Program-made: the position numbers and the translations under genes
IMG/VR virus record: IMGVR_UViG_2595698524_000001
Span: 1 to 64,000 of that record
DNA from: a virus
Taxonomy: Duplodnaviria; Caudoviricetes
Length of the DNA: 64,000 bases
Strand: one strand, 5' to 3'
Shown: in pieces, positions 27,828-37,483 of the stretch
Numbering within the stretch: position 1 is the stretch's first letter
Layout of the letters: each line of letters starts with the position of its first letter
The notes under the pieces: model-generated
What the model saw: the letters and a program-made list of their open reading frames with translations, nothing else
Told to the model about the DNA's origin: nothing
Databases searched by the model: none

Positions 27828-30041
27828 ATGCAATCCTATACCGAGTTAAAGAGCACCCACGCTGACCGTGAAGCTTTGATAGATGAAGTTTCCGGTGCAC
27901 GTGCGGCTATGGTTGGCGGTCATATGAAATCGGCAGTGCCGGTGGATAACCCACACCATACGCTCCATTTCACTGGCGCGGACACCGAGTATGAAAAGTA
28001 TCTGTTTAACCATGTGGTTGAAGACCAAGGTGAGGTCTATCAGTACAACTACAATGGCCGTTTTCTGAGAGCCATCTTTACACGTACCGCGTGTCGTAGT
28101 GACTCCACGCCTCTGCAGCGTGCAATCTTCTTCCGTCGTTCCGCATTAGGCGATGGTGGGCGTCCGGTTATTGATTTGCTGGAGACCACTGGCTATACGG
28201 ACCATGACCACGTATTTACTTCTCTGCAAAAGGAGACGCCGAAACTCCAGCGCCTTCTGCGCGGGGAAACAAACATTCTGGATGTGGGCGACAACCTCAC
28301 TGAACTCAACTGCCAGAAAGATGGGGAATTCGTAGACGGCGTGAATCTGGTCACCGTACCGATTTCCCATCCGGAGAATATTGAGGATGCGTACCTCATC
28401 TCCAAAACCGCAGCAAAGATGATGCATGGCTACGGGTATCGTCGAATTACCATGGTGATGCGTGATGGTGATGTCCTGCTAGACATCATGGGCTATCGCG
28501 CAGCGGATGGTCGCTGGGTACCAAAATATTTCCCGAATGTCGGTGAAGCCATCCCGAACAGTGGTTTGGTTATCGCCAAACGTTTGTACGACCCACTGTA
28601 CGCCGCCATCGACATGTCATCCGGTGAACTGCAACACCCGTCGCCGTTCTTTGACCGTTGTGAATATGTTGATGCGGACCCGGAGTACATGGCAAACCCA
28701 TCTGAGGAGAATGGGTCTCGCGTTATCGATATCAAAGTGTGGCGTAACGATGCACAGGTGAAAAACGGGGTCAATAACATCCGTTGTACTGAAGAGAACA
28801 AACGTCTGTTGGATGAATACGCGCTGGGTCTGAAAGACTACTATGCGAGCATTCTGCGTTTCTACTTCTCAGTAAAAGAAGATGTTATCTGGTCACCGAA
28901 AGCTTCCCTGCTGATTCGTACTGCGCTGGCTTCCGATTGCCACGAAGTGTTCCAAGAGTTCCAGCGAGATATCCGTGATGAACTCACCAAGTCCGTACGT
29001 CGTCATGAAAACAAACCTGACTACGTTGACTCGAACATGAAGAAGCTGCAGGAAGCGCCGGAACGTAACCTGAAAGAAGCGATAACGAATTACACGATTG
29101 AGATTGTGGTGCGTTATCCAATTCCGGTTACGGTTTCATCGAAGATTACTGACCGTTCTGGTACCAAAGGTATTGTCGGCGCAGTGATTGATGATGAAGA
29201 TATGCCGCTTGATGAATTCGGTATGCGTATTCACTGTCTGCGTAGTGCGAACGCCATCATGCGTCGTTCTACTTACTCGGCCCCGTATCACATCTTCTGG
29301 TCGGCTGCTTCTGAGCAGTTGAAAATCCGCATGAAACCAATGCTGGAAGAAAACCGGATAGATGATGCGTGGAAAGAGTTGATGGATTATCTGGATTGCT
29401 ATAACGAGAAGTGGCGTCGTGCAATCGACCTGACCCATCAGACGACCGAACAACGTATCAAGCTGTTCGAGCAGATTTACGAAACCAGTATTCGTATTCA
29501 CCTGCCGCATGAACTGCCGAAGTCGCCTATCGAGCTGTGTGATGGTTTGGGGCGGTTCGAACCGAAACGTACTCGACTGCTGATGACCGACTATAACGGA
29601 AATAAGCAGTGGACGAAAAACACGTTCTATACCGGATACGTGGAAACCTTACGTCTGGATAAAACTGGTCGTGAGTTCTCGTCCATGTCGTCTATGTTTA
29701 CGAACTATCTCGGTGCGATTGACGCCAGCGGTGCCGGCGCCGGTAACTATCCGATGAAGTATAAGGCAATCAAGTTCGGCGGTGAGTCAGAACGCCGACT
29801 GCTCGAAGGTTACCGTAAAGGGACTTTCGATGAGATTCATAACCGTGCGAACTCGCCGGATGTGCATCGTGCTGTGGTACGTGGGTTGTATGAATCCCAC
29901 ACACCGACTTCACCGGGTTATCTGATTGACCGAAAAGAGTTCCCGATGGGCTTCTCGCAGATTGATAAACTGGTGGATAACATTCACCGCTGCGAAGGTT
30001 TCCGATTAGTACGGCCACGTCGCGAGGATGTAACTGAATGA
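27828..30041 (+). CDS. non-virion RNA polymerase beta C-terminal subunit (phiKZ gp71-73-like)
   Basis: NIEDAYLIS, SKITDRSGTKGIV (K..RhG.KG), DMP and KFGGESE motifs. Confidence 0.88.
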   Translation: MQSYTELKSTHADREALIDEVSGARAAMVGGHMKSAVPVDNPHHTLHFTGADTEYEKYLFNHVVEDQGEVYQYNYNGRFLRAIFTRTACRSDSTPLQRAIFFRRSALGDGGRPVIDLLETTGYTDHDHVFTSLQKETPKLQRLLRGETNILDVGDNLTELNCQKDGEFVDGVNLVTVPISHPENIEDAYLISKTAAKMMHGYGYRRITMVMRDGDVLLDIMGYRAADGRWVPKYFPNVGEAIPNSGLVIAKRLYDPLYAAIDMSSGELQHPSPFFDRCEYVDADPEYMANPSEENGSRVIDIKVWRNDAQVKNGVNNIRCTEENKRLLDEYALGLKDYYASILRFYFSVKEDVIWSPKASLLIRTALASDCHEVFQEFQRDIRDELTKSVRRHENKPDYVDSNMKKLQEAPERNLKEAITNYTIEIVVRYPIPVTVSSKITDRSGTKGIVGAVIDDEDMPLDEFGMRIHCLRSANAIMRRSTYSAPYHIFWSAASEQLKIRMKPMLEENRIDDAWKELMDYLDCYNEKWRRAIDLTHQTTEQRIKLFEQIYETSIRIHLPHELPKSPIELCDGLGRFEPKRTRLLMTDYNGNKQWTKNTFYTGYVETLRLDKTGREFSSMSSMFTNYLGAIDASGAGAGNYPMKYKAIKFGGESERRLLEGYRKGTFDEIHNRANSPDVHRAVVRGLYESHTPTSPGYLIDRKEFPMGFSQIDKLVDNIHRCEGFRLVRPRREDVTE

Positions 30042-32149
30042 AAAAGGGCTTAGCTGTACACGTGCGTGACTTGCGTAATCTCACCAAATCGCAGGTCTGG
30101 AAATTGAGTGGCCGTTATGACGTGACGTTTGATGACAACGTGACCCTGCCGATGGCGGGGCGTCACATCAAACTGAGCTGGCCATACTGGGCATTCTCTC
30201 GTCTGTACGATTTTGTCCCCACGCCAAGCTATCTCGCGTATCATCGCGATGAGGTATCCACCGATAAGAAACATCTGGATATGCTGGGCGATATGTTTAA
30301 GCTGGCGAAGCATTACGGGATTCCGATTGCGGATATCCGGTATGTCTTGTCAGAACACGGCTACACGGATGCTTATAACGGTTCCGTGGAAAACCTGATT
30401 CCGTATGTGTCAACGGTGGACGTGGATACCTTCCGCGAAATCTGGCGACACCCGCGTATGGACGTTGTGCGTGAACTGGCTCGTAAGTATCCGGAAGGGT
30501 ACGATGAGGAAGGGAACGACATGGTGGAACTGGCGTATCAGGAAATCGAGATGATTTTCGAAGACCCAGCCATGCGCCGAAATGCGGCAGTGATGTCGGT
30601 ACGCGACAAAACAGTTAAGTCTGATACGATTCTACAGGCGTTTGTCCGTGGGAAACTGTCGGAGATTGACTCGCGCGTATTCAGTAATCAGGTTTGGTCA
30701 GGGTTCTTCACCGGTCTGGATGATGTCGGCCGTGTGAAAGAGTCCTGTTCAACATCCCGTTCGCACCTGTATAACACAGATAACATCGCGGATGCTGAAT
30801 ATACCAGCCGTAAATTCCAGTTGGTCGCCAACGTGCTGATGAACTTCACCACTGGCGATTGCGGAACGACCCATGCGCACCGTAAGACCTTTACGGATAC
30901 CCGTGGCTCCGAAGCTGCGTGGAATGCAATGGTCGGGATGTACTTTAAACTGGAAGGTCATCAAGACCGACCGTGGCAACGCTTTAATAAAGGTGAGTTC
31001 AAGCAGTATGTGAACAAACCGCTCATCTTCCGTTCAGCCATGACCTGTAAACTGTTACACCGCCAGTCCATCTGTTCGGTGTGTATGGGCGATATGGTCG
31101 ATAACATGTCTGAAGGGACTGCGCCGGGTCATCTGGCCTCGACTTCCATTTCGGAAAAGGGGTCACAGGGGATTCTGTCCACGAAGCACTTGGACTTCCT
31201 GCGCAAAGTTCTCCAACTGGTGTTCACCACCACGATGGAACGTTACATCACACTGTTTAAACACAGCACGGTGAAAGCGGTTCGTCTGCAGAATAAACCT
31301 CTGGTTGGTAAATGGGACGATTACGAGCTGACCATTCAGGATAAGATTCACTCCGAGCTTATCCAGATTGCGTACCACGGCTCGTTGTCGGACTTAGATG
31401 AAACTGCGTTGCCCGACATCAATGCGTTGACCTTTGTGCGCGTAGATAAAGAAGGGAATATCCTCGATGAAGAATCCATCAACGTGCGTATGGGCGTCTG
31501 TGGGAACTTCTCACCAGACTTCCTGAAACACTATCTGCGCAACAAAGATAAACTGCGCATTGTGGGTAAATCTGTCCACATCCCTCTCGCCGGTTGGAAC
31601 GTGAACCGTCCTCTGTTAGTTTATACAAATCGGTCAGAAAGTATGGCAGAGTTTGTATCCGCAATGGAGGCGAAAATCCGTTCTGCGTCTGTCGATGGTG
31701 AAGACCGTTTAGTGAAGTCGAAGAAGATGGAAGGCAATCAGCGTTCTGCATTCTTCAAGAACAAAAACGGTGTGGTTAAGTCCATTTCACTGGTGGACCA
31801 ACGGGGTGCAACAGAGCAGCAATGTACCGATGCGATGTTCGACATGTATCAGTTCATTGACCGTAAGCTCAAGGGTATTCCGATGTCCCATATCGGCATT
31901 ATGCTGGCCGTCTCTCGTGTGGAATCACCGACCAACTCCTTCCCAGCAGTTGGCTTTGATAACGAAGACTTTAACCAGCAATCCGGTAAACGGTTCTGTG
32001 ACCACAACACCATCATAGGTCGTCGTTCTGCTGTCCCAATGTTTTTCTATGAGGGCCAGCAAGATTACCTTGACAACATCGGCTTTTGGACCGACCGTGT
32101 GCGTCCTGCGTCTCTGTATGACGGGGCGATGCCGGCGGTTAAGAAATAA
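30038..32149 (+). CDS. non-virion RNA polymerase beta' C-terminal subunit (phiKZ gp74-like)
   Basis: bridge helix EYTSRK, DCGT, RSAMTC...ICSVCMG Zn site, trigger-loop-like STSISEKGSQGILSTKH. Confidence 0.88.
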   Translation: MKKGLAVHVRDLRNLTKSQVWKLSGRYDVTFDDNVTLPMAGRHIKLSWPYWAFSRLYDFVPTPSYLAYHRDEVSTDKKHLDMLGDMFKLAKHYGIPIADIRYVLSEHGYTDAYNGSVENLIPYVSTVDVDTFREIWRHPRMDVVRELARKYPEGYDEEGNDMVELAYQEIEMIFEDPAMRRNAAVMSVRDKTVKSDTILQAFVRGKLSEIDSRVFSNQVWSGFFTGLDDVGRVKESCSTSRSHLYNTDNIADAEYTSRKFQLVANVLMNFTTGDCGTTHAHRKTFTDTRGSEAAWNAMVGMYFKLEGHQDRPWQRFNKGEFKQYVNKPLIFRSAMTCKLLHRQSICSVCMGDMVDNMSEGTAPGHLASTSISEKGSQGILSTKHLDFLRKVLQLVFTTTMERYITLFKHSTVKAVRLQNKPLVGKWDDYELTIQDKIHSELIQIAYHGSLSDLDETALPDINALTFVRVDKEGNILDEESINVRMGVCGNFSPDFLKHYLRNKDKLRIVGKSVHIPLAGWNVNRPLLVYTNRSESMAEFVSAMEAKIRSASVDGEDRLVKSKKMEGNQRSAFFKNKNGVVKSISLVDQRGATEQQCTDAMFDMYQFIDRKLKGIPMSHIGIMLAVSRVESPTNSFPAVGFDNEDFNQQSGKRFCDHNTIIGRRSAVPMFFYEGQQDYLDNIGFWTDRVRPASLYDGAMPAVKK

Positions 32150-32152
32150 ACT

Positions 32153-32178
32153 GAGGGGCTCCGGCCCCTCTCTTTTTT
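32153..32178 (+). terminator. intrinsic terminator
   Basis: GAGGGGC-TCCG-GCCCCTC followed by a T-tract. Confidence 0.8.
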
Positions 32179-32190
32179 GTGAGGGGCAAG

Positions 32191-33891
32191 ATGTTCGTCA
32201 TTAACGTTATGCATACCAGCATGGGCTTTCGAATAGAAGTGCCCGTGAGGGTTATCGAATTAGCCATTTTAAAGTTCGCTGAAGATAACTTGCATGCGCC
32301 CAAGATGGGGCGCGACCATGGGAGAATTACCGTCGAAAAGGGGGACGCCTATTACGTACACGTTCCTTCGATGAACTGGTTCTACTTCCACAAGGACTAC
32401 TTCCATCGCATTAAGCAGATTGTTCTGAACACTGCGATTGAGTACAACAAGCAAGTGGAGGTGAAGGAACACACCTACCAACGCGGTGAGCCGTACAAGT
32501 GCGAATTCGATAACTATGGATTTCAGATGGAAGTGACCGACCCTGAGTCGCGTTTCTACTATCAGAATGAAGTGGTAGAAAAAGCACTTGACCCGCTGTA
32601 CCTGCAGATTATCTTTGCCATCCAGACAGGGAGAGGTAAGACAAAATCAGCACAAAAGGTCATGGTGAAACGCGGTGTTCGCACCGTATTAATCCATCGC
32701 CCCACTTACGTAGCCAAGTGGAAGTTCGACTGTATCGACGATGAAACCGGTCTGCGTGTGGATGAGAAGCACGTGTACGTTGCGCAGGGAACGCAAGGTA
32801 TTTATGACCTGATTGAAGACGGTCGAACCGGCAAGCTCGACAAAATGGGTATAAAGGTGGTTATCCTCCCGACGGTGTCACTGTTTAACTTCATGAAGGA
32901 AGCGATTGCAACCATGGCGTCAAGCCCGGTGAACTTCGAGTCTTTCTACGACGATATCGGTGCCGGTCAGGTGGTGTACGACGAAGTGCACGAACACTTC
33001 CTGTTGGTGTACCTCAGTGGGATTTTGTTGAACCCGCCGTACTCACTGGAGATGTCTGCTACCTTGAAGCCGGGCGCTGCGAAGAAGTTTATCGCTGACC
33101 GTTATCTGGAACGTTTCCCGATGCGCTTCCGCGTCAGTGTTCCTTATATCCCAGTGGTGGATATCCGTGGCCTGTACTACAGCATTGATGACCCAAGCTT
33201 TATCAGGCGTGTGGGTCGCATGTCGCCGTATAACCACAAGTTGTTCGAGCAGCAACTTATTAAACACAAGCTTGAAGATTCGTACTTCTCGATGGTGTTT
33301 GATATCATGAAGCGGTCCTTCCTCGATAAGTATGAGCCGGGTCAAAAAGCGTTGGTATTCTTCTCCTTAGTAGAAATGTGCGTCGCGTTCACAAAGTATG
33401 TGAAGCACCGACTGCGTAACGGAGATGGGCCAAGCGGACTGACCGTGGCGAAGTACAATGCGGGGGACAGCTACGACGAGTTCATTGCTGCAGATATCGG
33501 GGTCTCGACTCCGGGGAAAGCAGGTACCGCAATTGACATACCCGGTTTGGTGGTGGCTATTGTTACCATTGCAATCGATGACCGTCAGTTGAATGAGCAG
33601 ATTGCTGGTCGTCCACGTGAAGTGACTAAGTGGGACTTAACACCAAAAGTGTTTTTCCTGCATTGCAGTGAAATGCCAAAGCACTTGCAGTATTTGGCGT
33701 CACGGCAAGAGTCGCTGAAGGAAGTAGTGAAGTCGTTCCTGACTTCATTCTCCCCTTACGTTATAAGGAAAACGCATGCTAGCTCCTCCTTCTCCGGCAG
33801 TGCCCCTACCGCCGTATCAAGGTTTAAGTCTATCAAGCCTTCTCGAAAAGGTTTTACGGGCTTACCCGGCCGTCGAGGACGCCGTCGTTAA
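32191..33891 (+). CDS. SF2 DExH helicase (UvsW/phiKZ gp75-like)
   Basis: TGRGKT, DEVH, SAT and QIAGRPRE motifs. Confidence 0.9.
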   Translation: MFVINVMHTSMGFRIEVPVRVIELAILKFAEDNLHAPKMGRDHGRITVEKGDAYYVHVPSMNWFYFHKDYFHRIKQIVLNTAIEYNKQVEVKEHTYQRGEPYKCEFDNYGFQMEVTDPESRFYYQNEVVEKALDPLYLQIIFAIQTGRGKTKSAQKVMVKRGVRTVLIHRPTYVAKWKFDCIDDETGLRVDEKHVYVAQGTQGIYDLIEDGRTGKLDKMGIKVVILPTVSLFNFMKEAIATMASSPVNFESFYDDIGAGQVVYDEVHEHFLLVYLSGILLNPPYSLEMSATLKPGAAKKFIADRYLERFPMRFRVSVPYIPVVDIRGLYYSIDDPSFIRRVGRMSPYNHKLFEQQLIKHKLEDSYFSMVFDIMKRSFLDKYEPGQKALVFFSLVEMCVAFTKYVKHRLRNGDGPSGLTVAKYNAGDSYDEFIAADIGVSTPGKAGTAIDIPGLVVAIVTIAIDDRQLNEQIAGRPREVTKWDLTPKVFFLHCSEMPKHLQYLASRQESLKEVVKSFLTSFSPYVIRKTHASSSFSGSAPTAVSRFKSIKPSRKGFTGLPGRRGRRR

Positions 33892-34153
33892 GTTATGTGA
33901 AGACTCGGTGACTCGCCGAGCTTTCCATTACTACATGGTGACCGAGCATTACGCTGGAATGTTTATCACCCAACGCGGAAAGACGTACTACGTAACTCGT
34001 GTTAGCAGCATCCGCAATACCGCCTCGTATGAGCAGTATAGTTGGGTACTCTGGCACGATGACCAATCCGGTACGTCGGTAGACGAGAACCCGAAAGTGG
34101 CCTATCGCTTGTATTCACACAAGTGGATGGACTGGGTTACCGTTAAACATTAA
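33776..34153 (+). CDS. hypothetical protein overlapping the helicase 3' end
   Basis: AAGGA RBS; 116-nt out-of-frame overlap. Confidence 0.65.
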   Translation: MLAPPSPAVPLPPYQGLSLSSLLEKVLRAYPAVEDAVVKLCEDSVTRRAFHYYMVTEHYAGMFITQRGKTYYVTRVSSIRNTASYEQYSWVLWHDDQSGTSVDENPKVAYRLYSHKWMDWVTVKH

Positions 34154-34219
34154 TAACAAGGGGGACATTCATTATGTCCCCCACTACCCTTATTTTTTTG
34201 ATAAAAGGAAATAACGAAC

Positions 34220-34840
34220 ATGTCTCGTCGTAAAAAGAAACCGTCCTATAATCCGCGCTCTGGCGGTCGTAAAGAGATCTTCGGTGCGGTACAAAACATC
34301 CTGCGCTGCGAAGACAAGTGGAAAGACCACGCCGAGCGTGTAGGTCTCATGATTGAGCAAGAGCGCGAAGCTGTTGCTAAACTGGAAGACGAACAGAAAA
34401 AAGCGATCGCTGAACCGGCACTGGAACGTATGTACGCCGCTTTTGTTGGCTGGTTGGACCATTACAACAAAGTGTACGCTGACGCCAGTGTGCGCGCTGA
34501 CCAAATCGGTACAACCGCGCTGGAAATGGTGAACACCAAAGACGTTAAGTGGAAAGACATTGAGCTGATGCTTATTGAACCGACCGCTTCACTGGCGGAA
34601 CTGGATGCAGAAATGACCAACATGCTGCTGACCGCTACCTCTTCTATTCTTCCTGCGATTGCTGAATACCAGCTGAAAACTGGCGACGGTAAAGACAATG
34701 CCGACATCGCCGCGGTGCTGGAAGCTATTCAGGCCAACGCAGCACCTCTTCCGGAGCCGGCCTTCGAAGCTGTTGACGAAGACACCACCCGTGAAGATCG
34801 CGCCGAAGACGCGTTCGAGCGCGCATCCGCCCAGTCTTAA
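34220..34840 (+). CDS. hypothetical helical protein with basic N-terminus
   Basis: 206 aa with AAGGA RBS. Confidence 0.85.
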   Translation: MSRRKKKPSYNPRSGGRKEIFGAVQNILRCEDKWKDHAERVGLMIEQEREAVAKLEDEQKKAIAEPALERMYAAFVGWLDHYNKVYADASVRADQIGTTALEMVNTKDVKWKDIELMLIEPTASLAELDAEMTNMLLTATSSILPAIAEYQLKTGDGKDNADIAAVLEAIQANAAPLPEPAFEAVDEDTTREDRAEDAFERASAQS

Positions 34841-34860
34841 TCTGTAGGGGTATCTGACCA

Positions 34861-37023
34861 ATGAGTCAAGAAACTGAAAACCAAGGTCGCCCATTTATGG
34901 GTGGCCCTGCTCACCATGTGGACGAAGCACTGCCGTCCGCTGAAGACCATGGCTTCAAAAAGATTGATGAAGAGGATTACGATCCGGAAGCCGCCCGTAA
35001 ACTGTGGTTAGAAACACGTGAGCGTGAGCGCAAAGCCGCACTGGAGGCAGGGAATGGTGGTGAAAGTGGCAATAGTGGGGGGCATGCCTCTCCGACTGCG
35101 CGCGTTATCAATCCAAGCGCTCCTGCTGGCGGGCGTGCAGATAGCGAGCGAGCAGGAAGTGGAACAGGACAGGAAGTCGAGACAGCCGTTCACCGACACG
35201 TCGATCCTACCCCTGTGCAAATCCCTGTTCAGCAGCCCGTGGAACGGCAAGTTTCCACAGCACCCGCCGCACGAGCTGCATCCGAAGCAGTTCCACACGT
35301 TGACGCTGCCCCGGCACAGCCGCAGCATGCGCCGACCCAAACGCAGGAAGTGACGCATGGCATCAAGCAAGAAACCACGCAAGCGCAAGGCGCGGAAAGC
35401 GTTTTACAACGACCAGCGTCTGGCGGACAGGAACGAGGACATGTCCAACAACCTGTCTCGCCAGTCAGCCCAGCTCAACAGCCAGCTGCAGATGCTGCGC
35501 CGGCCGCAGCAGCGGATGACTCAGCTACGGACAAGACGCGTCGCATAGCGTCCCTGCTGGAATCTCCGGTACCGCGTGGTGAACGTAGCGAGTTGATGAA
35601 ACTCGATGACGATGACCCGGTTGGTATGTTGTCGGGTATGGCACTGGTCGGTGGTCTGCGTAATCTGGCGCAGTCATCCAAAAGCTTCAATGCGTTCTTC
35701 CGTACGCTGGAGCGTAATCAGGAAGGTCATCCGGTCTTCCGTTCGCCGCAAGAAGAGGATATCTACAACCGCATCCTGCAGATTATGCAGATCGCGTCCC
35801 CTTCTATGCAGAACGGTAATCAGGCTCAGTCCGAAGCTGCGCTGCGTGAAGACATCCAATGGCGTCAGGAACTCGATACCGGTTCAGATGAGAAGTTCGT
35901 CATCAAGAACCATCCGAAACAAGCGCACGGTTTGATGAAGTCTATCTACCGTCGTCAGAACTCGGGTGCGCCGGTTACGGTATTCCTACCTGCGTCGGGT
36001 TTCTTTATCACGTCGAAAGCGCCGCATGAAAACGATTTCTGCGACTACGACGTGGCGCAGACCATGGATACCAATCAGGTAGGTCTGTCGACCTTCGGTA
36101 TTCTGCTGTCCGCATCGTCTGGCCTGTATCTGAAGCACATGGTTAACTTCGCCCTGAAATTCGTCGTGGATACCACGCTCGATATCGGCGACGGTGACAT
36201 GCATCAGACGCTGTATGCGAAAATCGATGAACGTGACTACTGGCTGGTTGTCATGGCATGCACCATTGCGAAATACCCAGGCGGTATTCCGTGGCTGATG
36301 TCATGTACTGAACCGCAGTGTACGTTTGAAGAAGAGCAGAAGCTGAACATCGCCCGCTGCATTCGTTACGCGAACGGGATTCTGTCGCCGACTCAGCTGG
36401 CCATCATTAACCGCCAGCGTGAAGGTGAACCGTTAACCTTCGACCAGCAGAACGAGTATCGTCGTCAGCACGTGGTTGACCCATCCTCCAAATGGGAAGA
36501 CAACGACCTGACCTTCCGCTTTGCTCACGCGTCAATTGCTCGTTATATTGACACGTCTGAAGAGTGGGTGGCGGACATTAACCAGTCCACGACCGATGCG
36601 TTGGGTAACTATGCGACAGAGCAAGAGCGTAACAGCTACATGCGTACTGCCGCAGAGACCCGTCGTCTGACTCGTTACCTGCACTTCATCGAATCCATCA
36701 CTGCGAAAGCAGAAGGTGATGATGAGCCGTACGTTGAACGCGACCCGATTAAAATCCGTGAAGCGCTGGTTGCATTGTCTTCTGACCGTGCATTCGTTTC
36801 ACGCTTTGAAGCGGCTATCGAGAAGTTCAACGAGCGCAGTCGTCTGGCCATCTTTGGCTACATGTCCCATCGCTGTCCGCAGTGTGGTGCACAGACGGGT
36901 GAGAAAGATGGCGCGTTCCGTGGTATCGTTGAGATTTCACCGGACAGACTTTTTTTCGTGCTCTCTCGAGTGGTGTACGAGATTCAGAAACTCTTAACCG
37001 ATCAATACGAAAATATTGGTTAG
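34861..37023 (+). CDS. putative tail/baseplate-hub assembly chaperone (G-like, zero-frame product)
   Basis: 720 aa; disordered N-terminal ~220 aa; CTEPQC and CPQC Cys pairs; slippery site near the 3' end. Confidence 0.6.
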   Translation: MSQETENQGRPFMGGPAHHVDEALPSAEDHGFKKIDEEDYDPEAARKLWLETRERERKAALEAGNGGESGNSGGHASPTARVINPSAPAGGRADSERAGSGTGQEVETAVHRHVDPTPVQIPVQQPVERQVSTAPAARAASEAVPHVDAAPAQPQHAPTQTQEVTHGIKQETTQAQGAESVLQRPASGGQERGHVQQPVSPVSPAQQPAADAAPAAAADDSATDKTRRIASLLESPVPRGERSELMKLDDDDPVGMLSGMALVGGLRNLAQSSKSFNAFFRTLERNQEGHPVFRSPQEEDIYNRILQIMQIASPSMQNGNQAQSEAALREDIQWRQELDTGSDEKFVIKNHPKQAHGLMKSIYRRQNSGAPVTVFLPASGFFITSKAPHENDFCDYDVAQTMDTNQVGLSTFGILLSASSGLYLKHMVNFALKFVVDTTLDIGDGDMHQTLYAKIDERDYWLVVMACTIAKYPGGIPWLMSCTEPQCTFEEEQKLNIARCIRYANGILSPTQLAIINRQREGEPLTFDQQNEYRRQHVVDPSSKWEDNDLTFRFAHASIARYIDTSEEWVADINQSTTDALGNYATEQERNSYMRTAAETRRLTRYLHFIESITAKAEGDDEPYVERDPIKIREALVALSSDRAFVSRFEAAIEKFNERSRLAIFGYMSHRCPQCGAQTGEKDGAFRGIVEISPDRLFFVLSRVVYEIQKLLTDQYENIG
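36951..36982 (+). promoter_or_regulatory. putative -1 ribosomal frameshift signal
   Basis: in-frame T TTT TTC heptamer; TCTCG/CGAGA hairpin 6 nt downstream; -1 frame open from 36933 to 37412. Confidence 0.7.
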
Positions 37024-37412
37024 ACAACGTCGGCTTAAGCCATGAAACCCTGATTAACACGCTTAAGCTTGACACCACCTCTCTGTTTAAGCGTCGCGAT
37101 CATCGGGCCGTGACCTACCAAGAAGCGTTTGACGAGCTGATGGCCTCGTACGACGCCTCCTTGGAATTAGACACGGGGCGGTTTCACGTGGGGATGTCCA
37201 GTCAGGAAGACCCACTTGCTAACTCGCTGTACCAGATATGGGTGGAGACGTTCATTCGTGAGGATGTTTTCAAGTATACCGGGATGAACCTTGACCAGTT
37301 CTTAGACCAGCCGCGTTGGAAGATTGAGATGCAGTTAAAAGCTATCAAGCGTCGCCATCAGGACGAGAACGCACTGGCCACCGAAATACAGAACAGCCTA
37401 CCGAAAGACTAA
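36957..37412 (+). CDS. frameshift extension (T-like), including ORF 37110-37412
   Basis: 151 stop-free codons in the -1 frame after the slippery site; GTG at 37110 has no clear RBS. Confidence 0.65.
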   Translation, partial: RALSSGVRDSETLNRSIRKYWLDNVGLSHETLINTLKLDTTSLFKRRDHRAVTYQEAFDELMASYDASLELDTGRFHVGMSSQEDPLANSLYQIWVETFIREDVFKYTGMNLDQFLDQPRWKIEMQLKAIKRRHQDENALATEIQNSLPKD

Positions 37413-37414
37413 AC

Positions 37415-37445
37415 GGGTGCCCTTCGGGGCACCTTTCTTTTTTTG
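37415..37445 (+). terminator. intrinsic terminator
   Basis: GGTGCCC-TTCG-GGGCACC followed by a T-tract. Confidence 0.85.
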
Positions 37446-37483
37446 TCGCAATCGTATGTATCCACCATTAGGACCTTACAGTC

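Noticed and set aside
36950-36956. T7 run as a sequencing error or pseudogene lesion
   Set aside because: Heptamer phase, upstream -1-frame stop and downstream hairpin fit programmed frameshifting better; not excluded without reads
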